Source: Candidatus Providencia siddallii
Lineage (GTDB): Bacteria; Pseudomonadota; Gammaproteobacteria; Enterobacterales; Enterobacteriaceae
Direction of reading: 5' to 3'
Assembly: GCF_964026685.1 (NCBI RefSeq)
Contig: NZ_OZ034688.1
Span: forward strand, 696,442 to 720,441
Length of the DNA stretch: 24,000 nucleotides
The translations under genes and the position numbers were made by a program. The stretch's first letter is position 1. Each line of letters opens with the position of its first letter. The notes beneath the pieces were generated by a model. It was not told the origin of the DNA and did no database searches. It saw nothing but the letters and a program-made list of their open reading frames with translations. Of the stretch, positions 12,432 through 22,366 are shown in pieces.

Positions 12432-13295
12432 TTATATTATATTAGTTATTTTAGAACGAAACTCATGTAATGATGACTTATTTATTCCTTTTACTAAAAA
12501 ACTTTTTATTCATGTTGGAAGATGATTTAATAAATTTAAAGCATCAGAACGTGTTTTAAATTCAGAAAAAATACAAGAACCTGTTCCTGTTAATCTAAAA
12601 GTTGCATATTTTAATAACCAAGAAATAAGTTTATCAATTTTATAAAAACGTTTTCTTACAATATTTTCACAATCATTTGTATAAGGATTAATTAATAACG
12701 TAGATAATTGTTGTTTTGGAGAATCTCTATCTAATAAAGGATCTAAAAAAATTTCTTTAGTTGATATTTTTATTTTATTATTAATAATTAAATACCAATT
12801 TTCTTTTAAAAAAACAGGAGTTAAAACATCACCTATTCCTTCAGCAAACGAAGACTTACCTTTTACAAAAAAAGGTATATCAGCTCCAATAGTTTTACCT
12901 AATTCTGCCAAAACATCATCAGAAACTTTTGTAGACCAATGTTCATTAAGAGCTATTAATGTTGTAGCAGCATTTGAAGAACCACCACCTAATCCTCCAC
13001 CAATTGGCAATCTTTTTTCACAACTTATATCTGCACCTAATGCCTTAGTATATTTTAAAACATTATGACAATAATTCTGTAATAATTTTGCTGCACATAA
13101 AATTATATTATTTTTTACTCCAGGTATTTTATTAAGTATATTAATTTTATTATCTAATCTAGTAGATATAGTTATTTTATCACCATAATTAAAAAAATGA
13201 ATTAAAGTTTGTAATTCATGATAACCATCTTTTCTATAGCCATTTATATATAAAAATAAATTTAATTTGCCAGGAGATGGCCATGTCAGAATCAT
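12432..13295 (-). CDS. ispE: 4-diphosphocytidyl-2-C-methyl-D-erythritol kinase, 287 aa if the in-frame TGA at 12510-12512 is read as Trp
   Basis: The GHMP-kinase motif PIGGGLGGGSSNAATTL is present. The N-terminus MILTWPSPGKLNLFLYI matches E. coli MRTQWPSPAKLNLFLYI, so I prefer the ATG at 13295 over the track's TTG at 13310. After the track's end (...LNHLPT-TGA) the same frame continues IKSFLVKGINKSSLHEFRSKITNII-TAA. This parallels the E. coli C-terminus ...PEWLNGFVAKG.NLSPLH... (from memory). Confidence 0.9.
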
Positions 13296-13921
13296 TTTTT
13301 TAATACCCAATCATCTATTTTAAATTTTATAAAATTATTACCTTGACGTAATTCAAAAACACTTGGTAAATATGGAATTTTTATAATATTATATTTTATA
13401 TAATTTATTTCTATTTGTTTATTATTTTTTTTAAATCTCATAGTTTTTAACAAATTATTTTCATTAAAAATAAAATCAATTGAACTACCAGGTAAACCTA
13501 TTAACCATAAAACAAATTCATTAAACGGTATACTTATTCCTATTAACTTAATTAACATATAATCTACATCATCACCAACGTAAACTCCTTTGTTTTTTAT
13601 ATTTAAAAATGAAAAATTATCTTCAAATTTAAATTCTATTTCAACATTACCAATTGGATTCATTAAAAATAATTGATATTTTTCAGGATAAAATTGTCGT
13701 TGAAAAAAAAATTTAGAATATATTTTATTTTTATCATTTGAATATATTAAAGACCCACGAACTTGATAATTATGCAACTTTAATAAATTTTGTTTATGAA
13801 TATCCCATTTTATATTTTTTTTATAAAAAACATTTTTATTAAAAACTGATGTACAACTTAATAGTAATAAACAAATAATTTTTAAAAAAATAAATTTATT
13901 ACTAATAATAGTAGATATCAT
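13262..13921 (-). CDS. lolB: Outer-membrane lipoprotein LolB. Homology ends at the TGA at 13292-13294 (209 aa); the coordinates shown extend to the next TAA, assuming UGA is read through
   Basis: The N-terminal signal peptide has a lipobox (LLLLSC, Cys23). The C-terminus ...KFKIDDWVLKK parallels E. coli ...KLKMDNWIVK. The gene sits directly upstream of ispE-prs, as in E. coli. Its terminal TGA overlaps the ispE ATG (ATGA). With read-through the tail is WFWHGHLLAN, which contains a second TGA, before the TAA at 13262-13264. Confidence 0.85.
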
Positions 13922-14664
13922 ATATTTTATATATTAAATATTTGATAATACATAGTTAAACATTTCATTGTTGAAATAAAATAATTTTATTTACAAAATA
14001 ATACTATTAATAAAAATAAAATACATAATTTTTATAACATAATGTAAATAATTATAAAAGTTATTATTTTATTTTCAAATAAATGTAATTATATATAAAG
14101 AATATTATGTAATCAATTAATTTAATTAATAAAAAATATTTTATCTTAAATTAAAATTAAAATTAATATTAATTTTAATTTATATATGATATACATATTA
14201 AAATACATAAAAAATTACATTTTTTTATATACTAATTTAAAAATAACGTATTAAATAATAATATATAATACAAAAATATTTTTTTTTAAAAAATTAATAA
14301 AAAAACATTAACTAATTATATTTAACTAAAATTATTTTAAAAAATTAATTTTAAAATTTCAAATAAATGTAAAAGTATGTTTTATTAACTATAAAACATT
14401 ATATTTTATATAAAAATATAAATATAATTATATTTAAAATATTAAGTTCTATAAAAAAATAAATAAATTTATCTTAAATTTATACTATATATATTATAAA
14501 AATTAATTTTTATATAAAATATTATATTTATCTTATAAAATCATATATTTATATCAAAAAATATAAAACAAATGATATTAAATTAATAAAAATATTATTA
14601 ACTTAAAAAATAAATAAATTATATTTTTATAATAAATTTAATTTTTTTATAAACATTAAATTTA

Positions 14665-15864
14665 CTATAATAAATTATTTACTGCAAATTGTTTTTTTAT
14701 AATCACATCAACATTATAATCAATATTTTCAAAACCAAATCCAAATAATTGCAAAAATTCTTTTTTATAACCTATATAATCAGTAAATTCACCAAAATTA
14801 TCATTACTTATTTTATTCCAAATATCACGACAACTATTTTGTACATCATCGCGTAATTCTAAATCATCTAAACGCAATCGATTTTTATTATCAGTTATTA
14901 ATAATTTATTACTATATAATTTAGTTGAAAACAAACGTTGTATTTGTTCAATACAACCTTCATTAATATATTTTTCTTTCATAATTTTAAGAATAATAGA
15001 CATGTATAAAGGCATTACAGGAATAGCTGACGAAGCTTGCGTAACAACTGATTTTAACACAACTATATATGCAGAACCTTTTTTTGATTTTAATTTTATA
15101 TCAATAACATTTGCTGCTCGTTCTAAATCTTTTTTAGCTTTTCCTATTGTACCATGCAAATAAATAGGCCATGTAATTTCACTTCCTATATAAGAATAAG
15201 CAATTGTTTTAACATTATTTGATAATAAATTTGCATTATTTAAAACATCTATCCATAACTCCCAATCTTCACCACCCATAACACTAATAGTATCAACAAT
15301 TTCTTGTTTATTAGCTGGTTTTATATCAATTTTAAATAACATATTTTTATTAGTATCTAAAGCAATTGTTTTATAAGATTTACCAATTGGTTTCAAAGTT
15401 GATCGAACAATTTTACCAGTTTTAGGAATTTTACGTTGTGATGATGCTATTGAATAAACTATTAAATCTAATTTAATTGACTCCTTTTTACATAAATCAA
15501 TAACACTTTTTTTACATTCATCAGAAAAAGCATCCCCATTGATATTTTTTACATATAATCCTTCTTTTTTAGCAGCATGACTAAAACTAGCTGAATTATA
15601 CCAACCAGCAGAAGCTGTTTTATTCATACCTCCTTGTTTTTCAAAAAAAACACCTATCGTATTAGTTTTAGCACCAAACGCTAAACTAATACGAGAAGAA
15701 AGACCATAACCAGTTGATGATCCAATTATTAATGCATTCTTAGGGCCGTCTTTAAATTCACCGCAAGATTTTACATAAGAAATTTGATTAAGTACGTTAA
15801 CTTCACATCCAATAGGATGCGAAGTTGTACAAATATATCCACGAATTTTAGGTTTTATAATCAT
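14665..15864 (-). CDS. fabV: Enoyl-[acyl-carrier-protein] reductase, FabV type (trans-2-enoyl-CoA reductase family)
   Basis: From the ATG at 15864 the product starts MIIKPKIRGYICTTSHPIGCE, the canonical FabV N-terminus; the track's earlier start at 15879 is a TTG. Other matching segments are the GSSTGYGLSSRI nucleotide-binding motif, YSYIGSEITWPIY..GTIGKAKKDLE (Tyr...Lys catalytic region), VLKSVVTQASSAIPVMPLY and NRLRLDD.ELRDD. About 399 aa. TAG stop. Confidence 0.9.
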   Translation of the reverse strand: MIIKPKIRGYICTTSHPIGCEVNVLNQISYVKSCGEFKDGPKNALIIGSSTGYGLSSRISLAFGAKTNTIGVFFEKQGGMNKTASAGWYNSASFSHAAKKEGLYVKNINGDAFSDECKKSVIDLCKKESIKLDLIVYSIASSQRKIPKTGKIVRSTLKPIGKSYKTIALDTNKNMLFKIDIKPANKQEIVDTISVMGGEDWELWIDVLNNANLLSNNVKTIAYSYIGSEITWPIYLHGTIGKAKKDLERAANVIDIKLKSKKGSAYIVVLKSVVTQASSAIPVMPLYMSIILKIMKEKYINEGCIEQIQRLFSTKLYSNKLLITDNKNRLRLDDLELRDDVQNSCRDIWNKISNDNFGEFTDYIGYKKEFLQLFGFGFENIDYNVDVIIKKQFAVNNLL

Positions 15865-16259
15865 ATTTTTATTAATCAATGTAATTTAAAATTAAAATAT
15901 TTTTATAATTATTTTAATATTTTTTAATAATTTTATATCTATATGTATAAAATTATCAATAAACAAATTATTAATTATCATTTTATTTTCTATAAAATTA
16001 ATTTTAAAAAATTATTTATTTGTTCTAACAAAAATAATATAAATTTACTAAATTAATAAAAAATATACAAAATTAAAATTATAAAAACTTTTTAAAATTT
16101 TTAATAATTATGTTTTAATAAAATTATTTTAATATTAAAATATATAAAATATTACTATTTATCAAAAAAATAATATTTTTTTTAAATTTTAAAAAAAATA
16201 CTCTTTATAATTACAATATAAATAACTTTTTCTTTGCTTTAATATTAATTATAATCTAT

Positions 16260-16343
16260 TGCCCAGAGCGGGATTTGAACCCGCACAGACTAAAGTCTAA
16301 GGGATTTTAAGTCCCTTGTGTCTACCAATTTCACCATCTGGGC
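16260..16343 (-). tRNA. tRNA-Leu (anticodon UAA), type II; no encoded CCA
   Basis: The reverse complement is GCCCAGA TG GTGAAATTGGTAGACAC A AGGGA CTTAAAA TCCCT TAGACTTTAGTCTGT GCGGG TTCAAAT CCCGC TCTGGGC A. It closely resembles E. coli leuZ and occupies the same position after tRNA-Cys downstream of pgsA. Confidence 0.93.
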
Positions 16344-16345
16344 TT

Positions 16346-16416
16346 AGGCGCGTCCCGGAATCGAACCGGGCTATACGGATTTGCAATCCGACACATAACC
16401 ACTCTGCTAACGCGCC
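16346..16416 (-). tRNA. tRNA-Cys (anticodon GCA); no encoded CCA
   Basis: The reverse complement is GGCGCGT TA GCAGAGTGGTTATGTGT CGGA TTGCAAA TCCG TATAG CCCGG TTCGATT CCGGG ACGCGCC T. It is near-identical in architecture to E. coli cysT. Only 2 nt separate it from tRNA-Leu. Confidence 0.93.
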
Positions 16417-16524
16417 ATAAAACAAATTTAAAATTATTTTACTATATTATAAGAAATACATATTAAGTCAATAAATTTAATTTAAAAAATAATATTATTT
16501 ATAAATTTTAAATAATTCTATTAT

Positions 16525-17064
16525 CTATGAATTAGACAAAAAAATTTTTAAATATCTATACATTGACCAAAACGTTAATATAGTAGCAACATACATTAAA
16601 AATATCGAAAAGTTTTCAATAAATAAATTTGGTTTCCATAATAAACCAATTAATGATATCATTTGAACTGTAGTTTTAATTTTACCAATAAATGAAACAG
16701 AAATAAAATGTCGTTTGCCTACTTCAGCCATCCATTCCCTAAGAGAAGATACTACAATTTCTCTACCAATCATTGTTAATGCTGGTAAAGTAACATACCA
16801 TACACTATAACTTTCAGTTAATAAAATTAAAGCCGTTAAAACAATAATTTTGTCAGCAACTGGATCTAAAAAAGCACCAAATTTAGTAGTTTGATTTAAT
16901 TGTCTAGCCAAAAAACCATCAAACCAATCAGTAATACTTGAAATAATAAAAATAAATAAACATATAAATATCCCAAATCGACTAGAAAGATAAAAAAACA
17001 AAATAAAAAATGGTATTAAAATAACACGAAATAATGTTAACCATGTTGAGATATTTAATTTCAT
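16525..17064 (-). CDS. pgsA: CDP-diacylglycerol--glycerol-3-phosphate 3-phosphatidyltransferase
   Basis: 179-aa ORF with the CDP-alcohol phosphotransferase motif [27 protein letters not shown]. It is colinear with E. coli PgsA (182 aa); shared segments include [11 protein letters not shown] and REWMAE.GKR. TAG stop. It is followed by tRNA-Cys and tRNA-Leu, as in E. coli. Confidence 0.95.
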   Translation of the reverse strand: MKLNISTWLTLFRVILIPFFILFFYLSSRFGIFICLFIFIISSITDWFDGFLARQLNQTTKFGAFLDPVADKIIVLTALILLTESYSVWYVTLPALTMIGREIVVSSLREWMAEVGKRHFISVSFIGKIKTTVQMISLIGLLWKPNLFIENFSIFLMYVATILTFWSMYRYLKIFLSNS

Positions 17065-17828
17065 ATAACTTTCAAGATATTAAATAATAATTTTCAATAG
17101 CATATTTATTTTTATATATTTTAAAATACATAAAAACAAATATACTATTGAAAATAAATATACTAATAAATAGTACACATATTATTTACTAAATAACAAA
17201 TAAAATAAAATAATTATTAATAACGAATATATTTATATTAAATATTTATAACTATAAAATCATAACCTTTTATATTTTTTTATAAATAAACTTAAATTTA
17301 TTTATTTTATAAAAAATAAAATCTTATATTTTTATAAATACATATAATAAAATTTACAAAATTATATATTTAATATACAAAACAAAATTAATTTTAAAAA
17401 AATTTTATGTAATTACTTTTTATTAAAAATCAATTGTTTTAAAATATATAAAATATTTCATATAAAAAAATATTAAATTATTTTTTAAAAAAATAATTCA
17501 TAAAATATATTAAAAAACTAATATTTTAAAAAAATAACAAATTCAATTTTATTTATAAATAAAATTGATATTTATATTATGTAATATAAACAATAATTAT
17601 TAATATATTAAAATAAATTAAATAATAAACATAAATAATATTTTATCATATAGATATATATTTTAAAAAAAAATTAAAAAATAAACAAAAATAAATACAT
17701 TAAATAGTAAATCTATTATATTTTTACTTCATATAAAATATATATAATAATAAAATTATTAAAATATTTTTATTCAATATACAATATTTAATTATTTATT
17801 TTTTAAAAAAATAATTTTTTTATTTTTT

Positions 17829-20800
17829 TTATAAATCATTTGTTTTATAAACAAATTCACTATAATTTTTTTCATTTTTAAAAGAAAAATCAAATATATT
17901 AACTTTTGCTTGAAATGGTGGAAAAGGTAAATCAATATTTTGCTTTTTAAAAAAAATTAATATATTTTGATGTATTTCATGTCTAGCTGGCAAACGATGT
18001 CCAATTTCAGAAACATAAACACGCAACTCAAAAATTTGAATACCTTGTTGTAAATCAACTAAATAAACTTCAGATATTGGATTTTTTAAAACCAAAGTAC
18101 AATGTTCTACTGCTTGCAAAATTGTATTTGTTACTAATTTACTATTTACATGTATAGGAGCGCACACAATCATAACAATGCGAGTTATTGTATCAGATAA
18201 AGACCAATTTATAAATTGTTCAGTAATAAAAGCTTTATTTGGTACTATAATTTCTTTTTTATCCCAATCTGTTAATATAGTAGCACGTGTTTTAATTTTT
18301 GTAACGTTTCCAGTTAAATTACGAATAGTTATTGTATCATTAATTCGAATAGGTTTTTCAAATAAAATTATTAATCCTGAAATAATATTAACAAAAATTT
18401 CTTGCAAACCAAAACCTAATCCAACACCCATAGCAGCTACAAGCCATTGTAATTTTGACCAATCAATACCTAATATTGAAAAAGCAATAATAATACCAAT
18501 AATAGTAATTGTATATTTAGTTAAAGTACTAATAGCATATCCAGTACCAGGTGTTAAATCTAAATGTTGTAATATTGCTAATTCAAGTAAAGCAGGAAGA
18601 TTACGAACTAGTTGAGTGGTAATAATAATAACTAATATAACAATAAATATAGATTTTATATTAATTGTTTTAATAGTATCAACCCCATTAACCATAGAAG
18701 TTACATCCCATAAATGAATATTTTCAAGAAATGCAAATGCAATATGTAATTCAGACCATAACAAAATTAGAGAGACCAAAGCAATCATAGTTAAAATAGA
18801 ACGAACTAAACCAAGCGATTGAATACTAATCACATCTAAATCAATTAATTGTTCTTCTATATCAACACTTCCTTCGTTACTATTTACTAACTGATTGTCA
18901 TCCTCATATTTAGCACGCATAGCTAAAATCTCTGCTCTACGTTGTTTAGCTCTATCAAAAGCTAATTTTCGTCGTTGTATTAACATCCAGCGACGAATTG
19001 TATAATATATAATTAAAATAACAAACCAAATAACAAGTGAAGTTTCTAAACGTATTAAAAGTATTTGAGAAGTTGATAAATAACCTAATATAGAAAAAAA
19101 TAAAGCAACTATAGGAGACAATAAAATCACCAACCATAATATATGATTAATAATATTTTCTTTTGATCCATTTTTATCAATATATAATGGAATTTGTAAA
19201 CTATATAAATGTTTTTTAATTACACTTAATGCAATACATAATATTATAAAACAAAAACGACCAATACCAGGGACAAACTCTCTATTACCATAATGTTCAA
19301 AAGTAATAATTAACATAATTAATGGTACAACAACAAAAATAGCAGTTCGATAATATCTCATTGCACGTTTAACATAATTTTTATCCCATCCAAAATGAGC
19401 AATAAATAAACCAGTTTGACGAGAAAATATTTCACTAATCATAAACAACCATAATAATGGAGTTGTTGAACTAACACCATAACCTATAGCTGCTACCATA
19501 GAATATTGCCAAGAATTTTTTAAACCATAACCAATAGCTGACCACATTATAGGTAATGGTAAAGCAACAATAATAGACCAAAAAATAATACGAATAGTCA
19601 AATAAAAATGATCTTGTGTAACTTTACCAATTCGTAAACTAGAACGATTAAGAAAAGATTGATAATGTTTTCTAGTATTAATACTAAAAATAACTAAAAA
19701 AATAGAACCTAATAAACACAAAAATGTATCTTGAGTTGTTAACATTAATTTAAAAGATTTAGCAACTTGAGATAATGTATTTAACGATAATAATTTAATA
19801 ATATCAGAAGCTAAAATCATAAGATATTTAACATTAATAGGAGCAACATCTGCAATCCAAAAAAGATAACGATTTGATGCATCTTTAACATCTTTTAATA
19901 CATCTGTTAATTGATTAGTAGCAACGTTTAATTTTGTTAACTCAAGAATCTCTGTATCTAAATCAGAAATTATGGATAATAATAATTCTTTACGTGTTTT
20001 TATTAATAATAAATACATCTGATTTTGTTCTGTTGTTAACTTATTTATTTTTTTTTGTTTTGAAAAATTTAAATTATTTAAATGTTCCAAAATATCTTTA
20101 TAATTCAAGCGTTGAACACGTAAATATGCTATTTTATGATCTAATTGTTGACTTTTAGGAATATCAGGTAATCTTGAAAGTTGCGTTCTTAATACTTCCC
20201 CTAATATGCTAGAACTACTAATCCATTGTGATTGCTCATTAATAGTAGCTAAAGCTTGACGAGCTTCTCCAATGCTTATAGAAATTTTTAATTGTGTTGA
20301 TGTAATTGAATTCATTCTATTAGCTTGTTTTGTTAATTCTTGTGATATTCTATGATTTATATTAAGTTGTTCTTTTAAAAAAGGGATTAATTCACCTTGT
20401 TTAGCTAACATTCTAGTATATTTTAAAGCTAAAAAAGCTTTTTGTTGTCTTTTGGTATTTTGAAAATCACGTAAATTTTGTAATTCAAGTTCAAAAAGAT
20501 GATATTTTTTTTTATATAATTCTAATTTAATACGAGAAATTTCTTGACGATTATTAGCAGATAATTGTTCAAGTTCTAATTCATTTACTATAGATTTTCG
20601 CGCATTAACTTCTGATTGACATAAAATGTATTTTGCTTCTGATAATTTTGTTGAAGATCTTTCTATAAAATTAAAATGTTTTATAGCTTCATTAAGTAAA
20701 CGTCTTGCATCAGATATTTTTTGAGGTAAAATATTTAACGATTCAGTAATTTCTATAATTTTATCCTGTTCTTGTTGAATTAAATGACCTTGATCAAGTA

Positions 20801-21158
20801 TTTGACTACTTAATTGAACAATACGTTGTTCTAACTCATTTAAATTAACATCAATTTTTATAGAATTTATTTGATTATTTTCATTTAAAAAATTTTTTTT
20901 TATCTCTTTTATTATTTTAGGATAATTATTTATTATTTTTTGATAATATTTACATCTTGAATTTGAATTATTAAATTCAGAAATCCATTTTAATGTTGAC
21001 TCTAATACTTTTATTATTTCAATATCTTTTGAATTTTTATTTGATTCTAATTTTCTAAGTTCTTGTTTTATTTGTAATTCATCTTCAATTATATTTTGTA
21101 TTGCAAATAACGAAGAATTAATAAACAAGCTAAATAAAAAACCAACAATTAAACGCAC
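17829..21158 (-). CDS. mscM: Large MscS-family mechanosensitive channel (MscM/YjeP-like; MscK paralogue family)
   Basis: 1109-aa ORF with a GTG start. The MRLIVGFLFSLFINSSLFA signal-like N-terminus is followed by a long coiled-coil-like periplasmic region and multiple TM helices. The C-terminal MscS core reads AAMGVGLGFGLQEIFVNIISGLIILFEKPIRINDTITI...TDWDKKEIIVPNKAFITEQFINWS. Its position immediately downstream of psd (36-nt gap) matches E. coli psd-mscM. Confidence 0.88.
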   Translation of the reverse strand: MRLIVGFLFSLFINSSLFAIQNIIEDELQIKQELRKLESNKNSKDIEIIKVLESTLKWISEFNNSNSRCKYYQKIINNYPKIIKEIKKNFLNENNQINSIKIDVNLNELEQRIVQLSSQILDQGHLIQQEQDKIIEITESLNILPQKISDARRLLNEAIKHFNFIERSSTKLSEAKYILCQSEVNARKSIVNELELEQLSANNRQEISRIKLELYKKKYHLFELELQNLRDFQNTKRQQKAFLALKYTRMLAKQGELIPFLKEQLNINHRISQELTKQANRMNSITSTQLKISISIGEARQALATINEQSQWISSSSILGEVLRTQLSRLPDIPKSQQLDHKIAYLRVQRLNYKDILEHLNNLNFSKQKKINKLTTEQNQMYLLLIKTRKELLLSIISDLDTEILELTKLNVATNQLTDVLKDVKDASNRYLFWIADVAPINVKYLMILASDIIKLLSLNTLSQVAKSFKLMLTTQDTFLCLLGSIFLVIFSINTRKHYQSFLNRSSLRIGKVTQDHFYLTIRIIFWSIIVALPLPIMWSAIGYGLKNSWQYSMVAAIGYGVSSTTPLLWLFMISEIFSRQTGLFIAHFGWDKNYVKRAMRYYRTAIFVVVPLIMLIITFEHYGNREFVPGIGRFCFIILCIALSVIKKHLYSLQIPLYIDKNGSKENIINHILWLVILLSPIVALFFSILGYLSTSQILLIRLETSLVIWFVILIIYYTIRRWMLIQRRKLAFDRAKQRRAEILAMRAKYEDDNQLVNSNEGSVDIEEQLIDLDVISIQSLGLVRSILTMIALVSLILLWSELHIAFAFLENIHLWDVTSMVNGVDTIKTINIKSIFIVILVIIITTQLVRNLPALLELAILQHLDLTPGTGYAISTLTKYTITIIGIIIAFSILGIDWSKLQWLVAAMGVGLGFGLQEIFVNIISGLIILFEKPIRINDTITIRNLTGNVTKIKTRATILTDWDKKEIIVPNKAFITEQFINWSLSDTITRIVMIVCAPIHVNSKLVTNTILQAVEHCTLVLKNPISEVYLVDLQQGIQIFELRVYVSEIGHRLPARHEIHQNILIFFKKQNIDLPFPPFQAKVNIFDFSFKNEKNYSEFVYKTNDL

Positions 21159-21194
21159 AATAAAATCCTAATAAAGATTATAATTATAGTTATA

Positions 21195-22082
21195 TTAATT
21201 TTTAGGTAAATAAGATAATTCATTAGAAAATGATTCTGCTAATAAATCACCAACACGTGTTATACAACCAAGATGTAAAGAATTATTAAAAAAAATTTTA
21301 TTTGGTTCAAATAAATTTATAACAGTTGATCCTAACTTAAACATACCCATTTCTTCCCCTTTTTTTAAAAATATAGAACCTTTTAAATTAAAATCTGGAT
21401 ATATAAAATGATTAATTTTATTTTTTCTATAAGAATTAACACATCCAAACCATACAGTACTTATACTACCTACAATTATAGCGCCAACTAAAATTTGAAT
21501 CATTAAACCAATATCTGTTTTAAATACACAAATTAAACGTTCATTACGTGAAAATAAATTAGGTATTTTTTTAACAGAAAATAAATTAACAGAAAATAAA
21601 TCACCGGGTACATAAATCATTTCCTTTAATAAACCATCACATGGCATATGAACACGATGATAATCACTTGGAGATAAATAAATAGTAATAAAATTTCCAT
21701 TTTTAAATTTATCAATTAAATAATGTTTTTTTACTAACAAATTATTTAAAGTATAAAAATTTTTTTTTGCTTGAAAAAGATAAATATCATTAATAGAACC
21801 AAATTGACTAATAGTGCCGTCAACAGGATATGCTACTTGATATTTTTTTGAAACAATTTTACGTGCATTCTTTTTTAAAGAACGAACAAAAAAATCATTA
21901 AATGTTGCATAATCTTTTAAATTAGTATATTTCGCTTCATTTATATTAATTTTATAAATTTTTACAAAAAACTTTATCATAAAAAAAGTTATATATTTAA
22001 TTTTTTTATTAGCAAACCATCCAAAAAATTGAGTTATCCATAATTTAATTATATATTTTGTAAATATTTTACTTTTTAACAT
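21195..22082 (-). CDS. psd: Phosphatidylserine decarboxylase proenzyme
   Basis: 295-aa ORF with the self-cleavage LGST motif (MFKLGSTVINLF) plus YHRVHMPCDG.LKEMIYVPGDLFSVN and NERLICVF..., colinear with E. coli Psd. The acidic C-terminal tail of the E. coli protein is missing. TAA stop. Confidence 0.95.
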   Translation of the reverse strand: MLKSKIFTKYIIKLWITQFFGWFANKKIKYITFFMIKFFVKIYKININEAKYTNLKDYATFNDFFVRSLKKNARKIVSKKYQVAYPVDGTISQFGSINDIYLFQAKKNFYTLNNLLVKKHYLIDKFKNGNFITIYLSPSDYHRVHMPCDGLLKEMIYVPGDLFSVNLFSVKKIPNLFSRNERLICVFKTDIGLMIQILVGAIIVGSISTVWFGCVNSYRKNKINHFIYPDFNLKGSIFLKKGEEMGMFKLGSTVINLFEPNKIFFNNSLHLGCITRVGDLLAESFSNELSYLPKN

Positions 22083-22366
22083 GTATTTTCCTTTTTTTTT
22101 ACAAAAAAATATGTTTTACTTATTTTTTACTTTTTTAATATATCTAAATAAAATTATTATATTTTATCAATTAAAAACTTTAAAAATTAAAATCAATAAT
22201 TTTTAAAATTTTATAAAAAAATAAATTAAAATTTTAATTTTTTATAATATAAAATTATTTTTTTAAAATATTAAAATTATATATTTTATATATCTATATA
22301 AAATATTTTTAATAATATTAAAATTTCATTTATGACGTTTTTTTAAAAAACATATATATATTTATT

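Noticed and set aside
14154-14181. Perfect 28-nt palindrome AAATTAAAATTAATATTAATTTTAATTT in the lolB-fabV spacer
   Set aside because: In an essentially two-letter (A/T) spacer, a 14-bp arm is expected by chance at roughly the observed frequency across about 5 kb of such sequence. It has no G/C anchor and no second copy, and its position is uninformative.
15865-15879. The N-terminal extensions proposed by the ORF track for fabV (MINKN-) and ispE (MGIKK-, 13296-13310)
   Set aside because: Both use TTG starts. The downstream ATGs give N-termini that match the families exactly: MIIKPKIRGY for FabV and MILTWPSPGKLN for IspE. The ispE ATG also forms an ATGA overlap with the lolB terminus.
18178-18615. 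145-aa plus-strand ORF
   Set aside because: It is antisense to the conserved MscS-core region of mscM and has no recognisable domain, so it is a shadow ORF.
18955-19137. 60-aa minus-strand ORF
   Set aside because: It is out of frame inside mscM on the same strand, with a low-complexity F/Y/N-rich sequence. It is a chance ORF.
19934-20158. 74-aa plus-strand ORF
   Set aside because: It is antisense within mscM with no motif support, so it is a shadow ORF.
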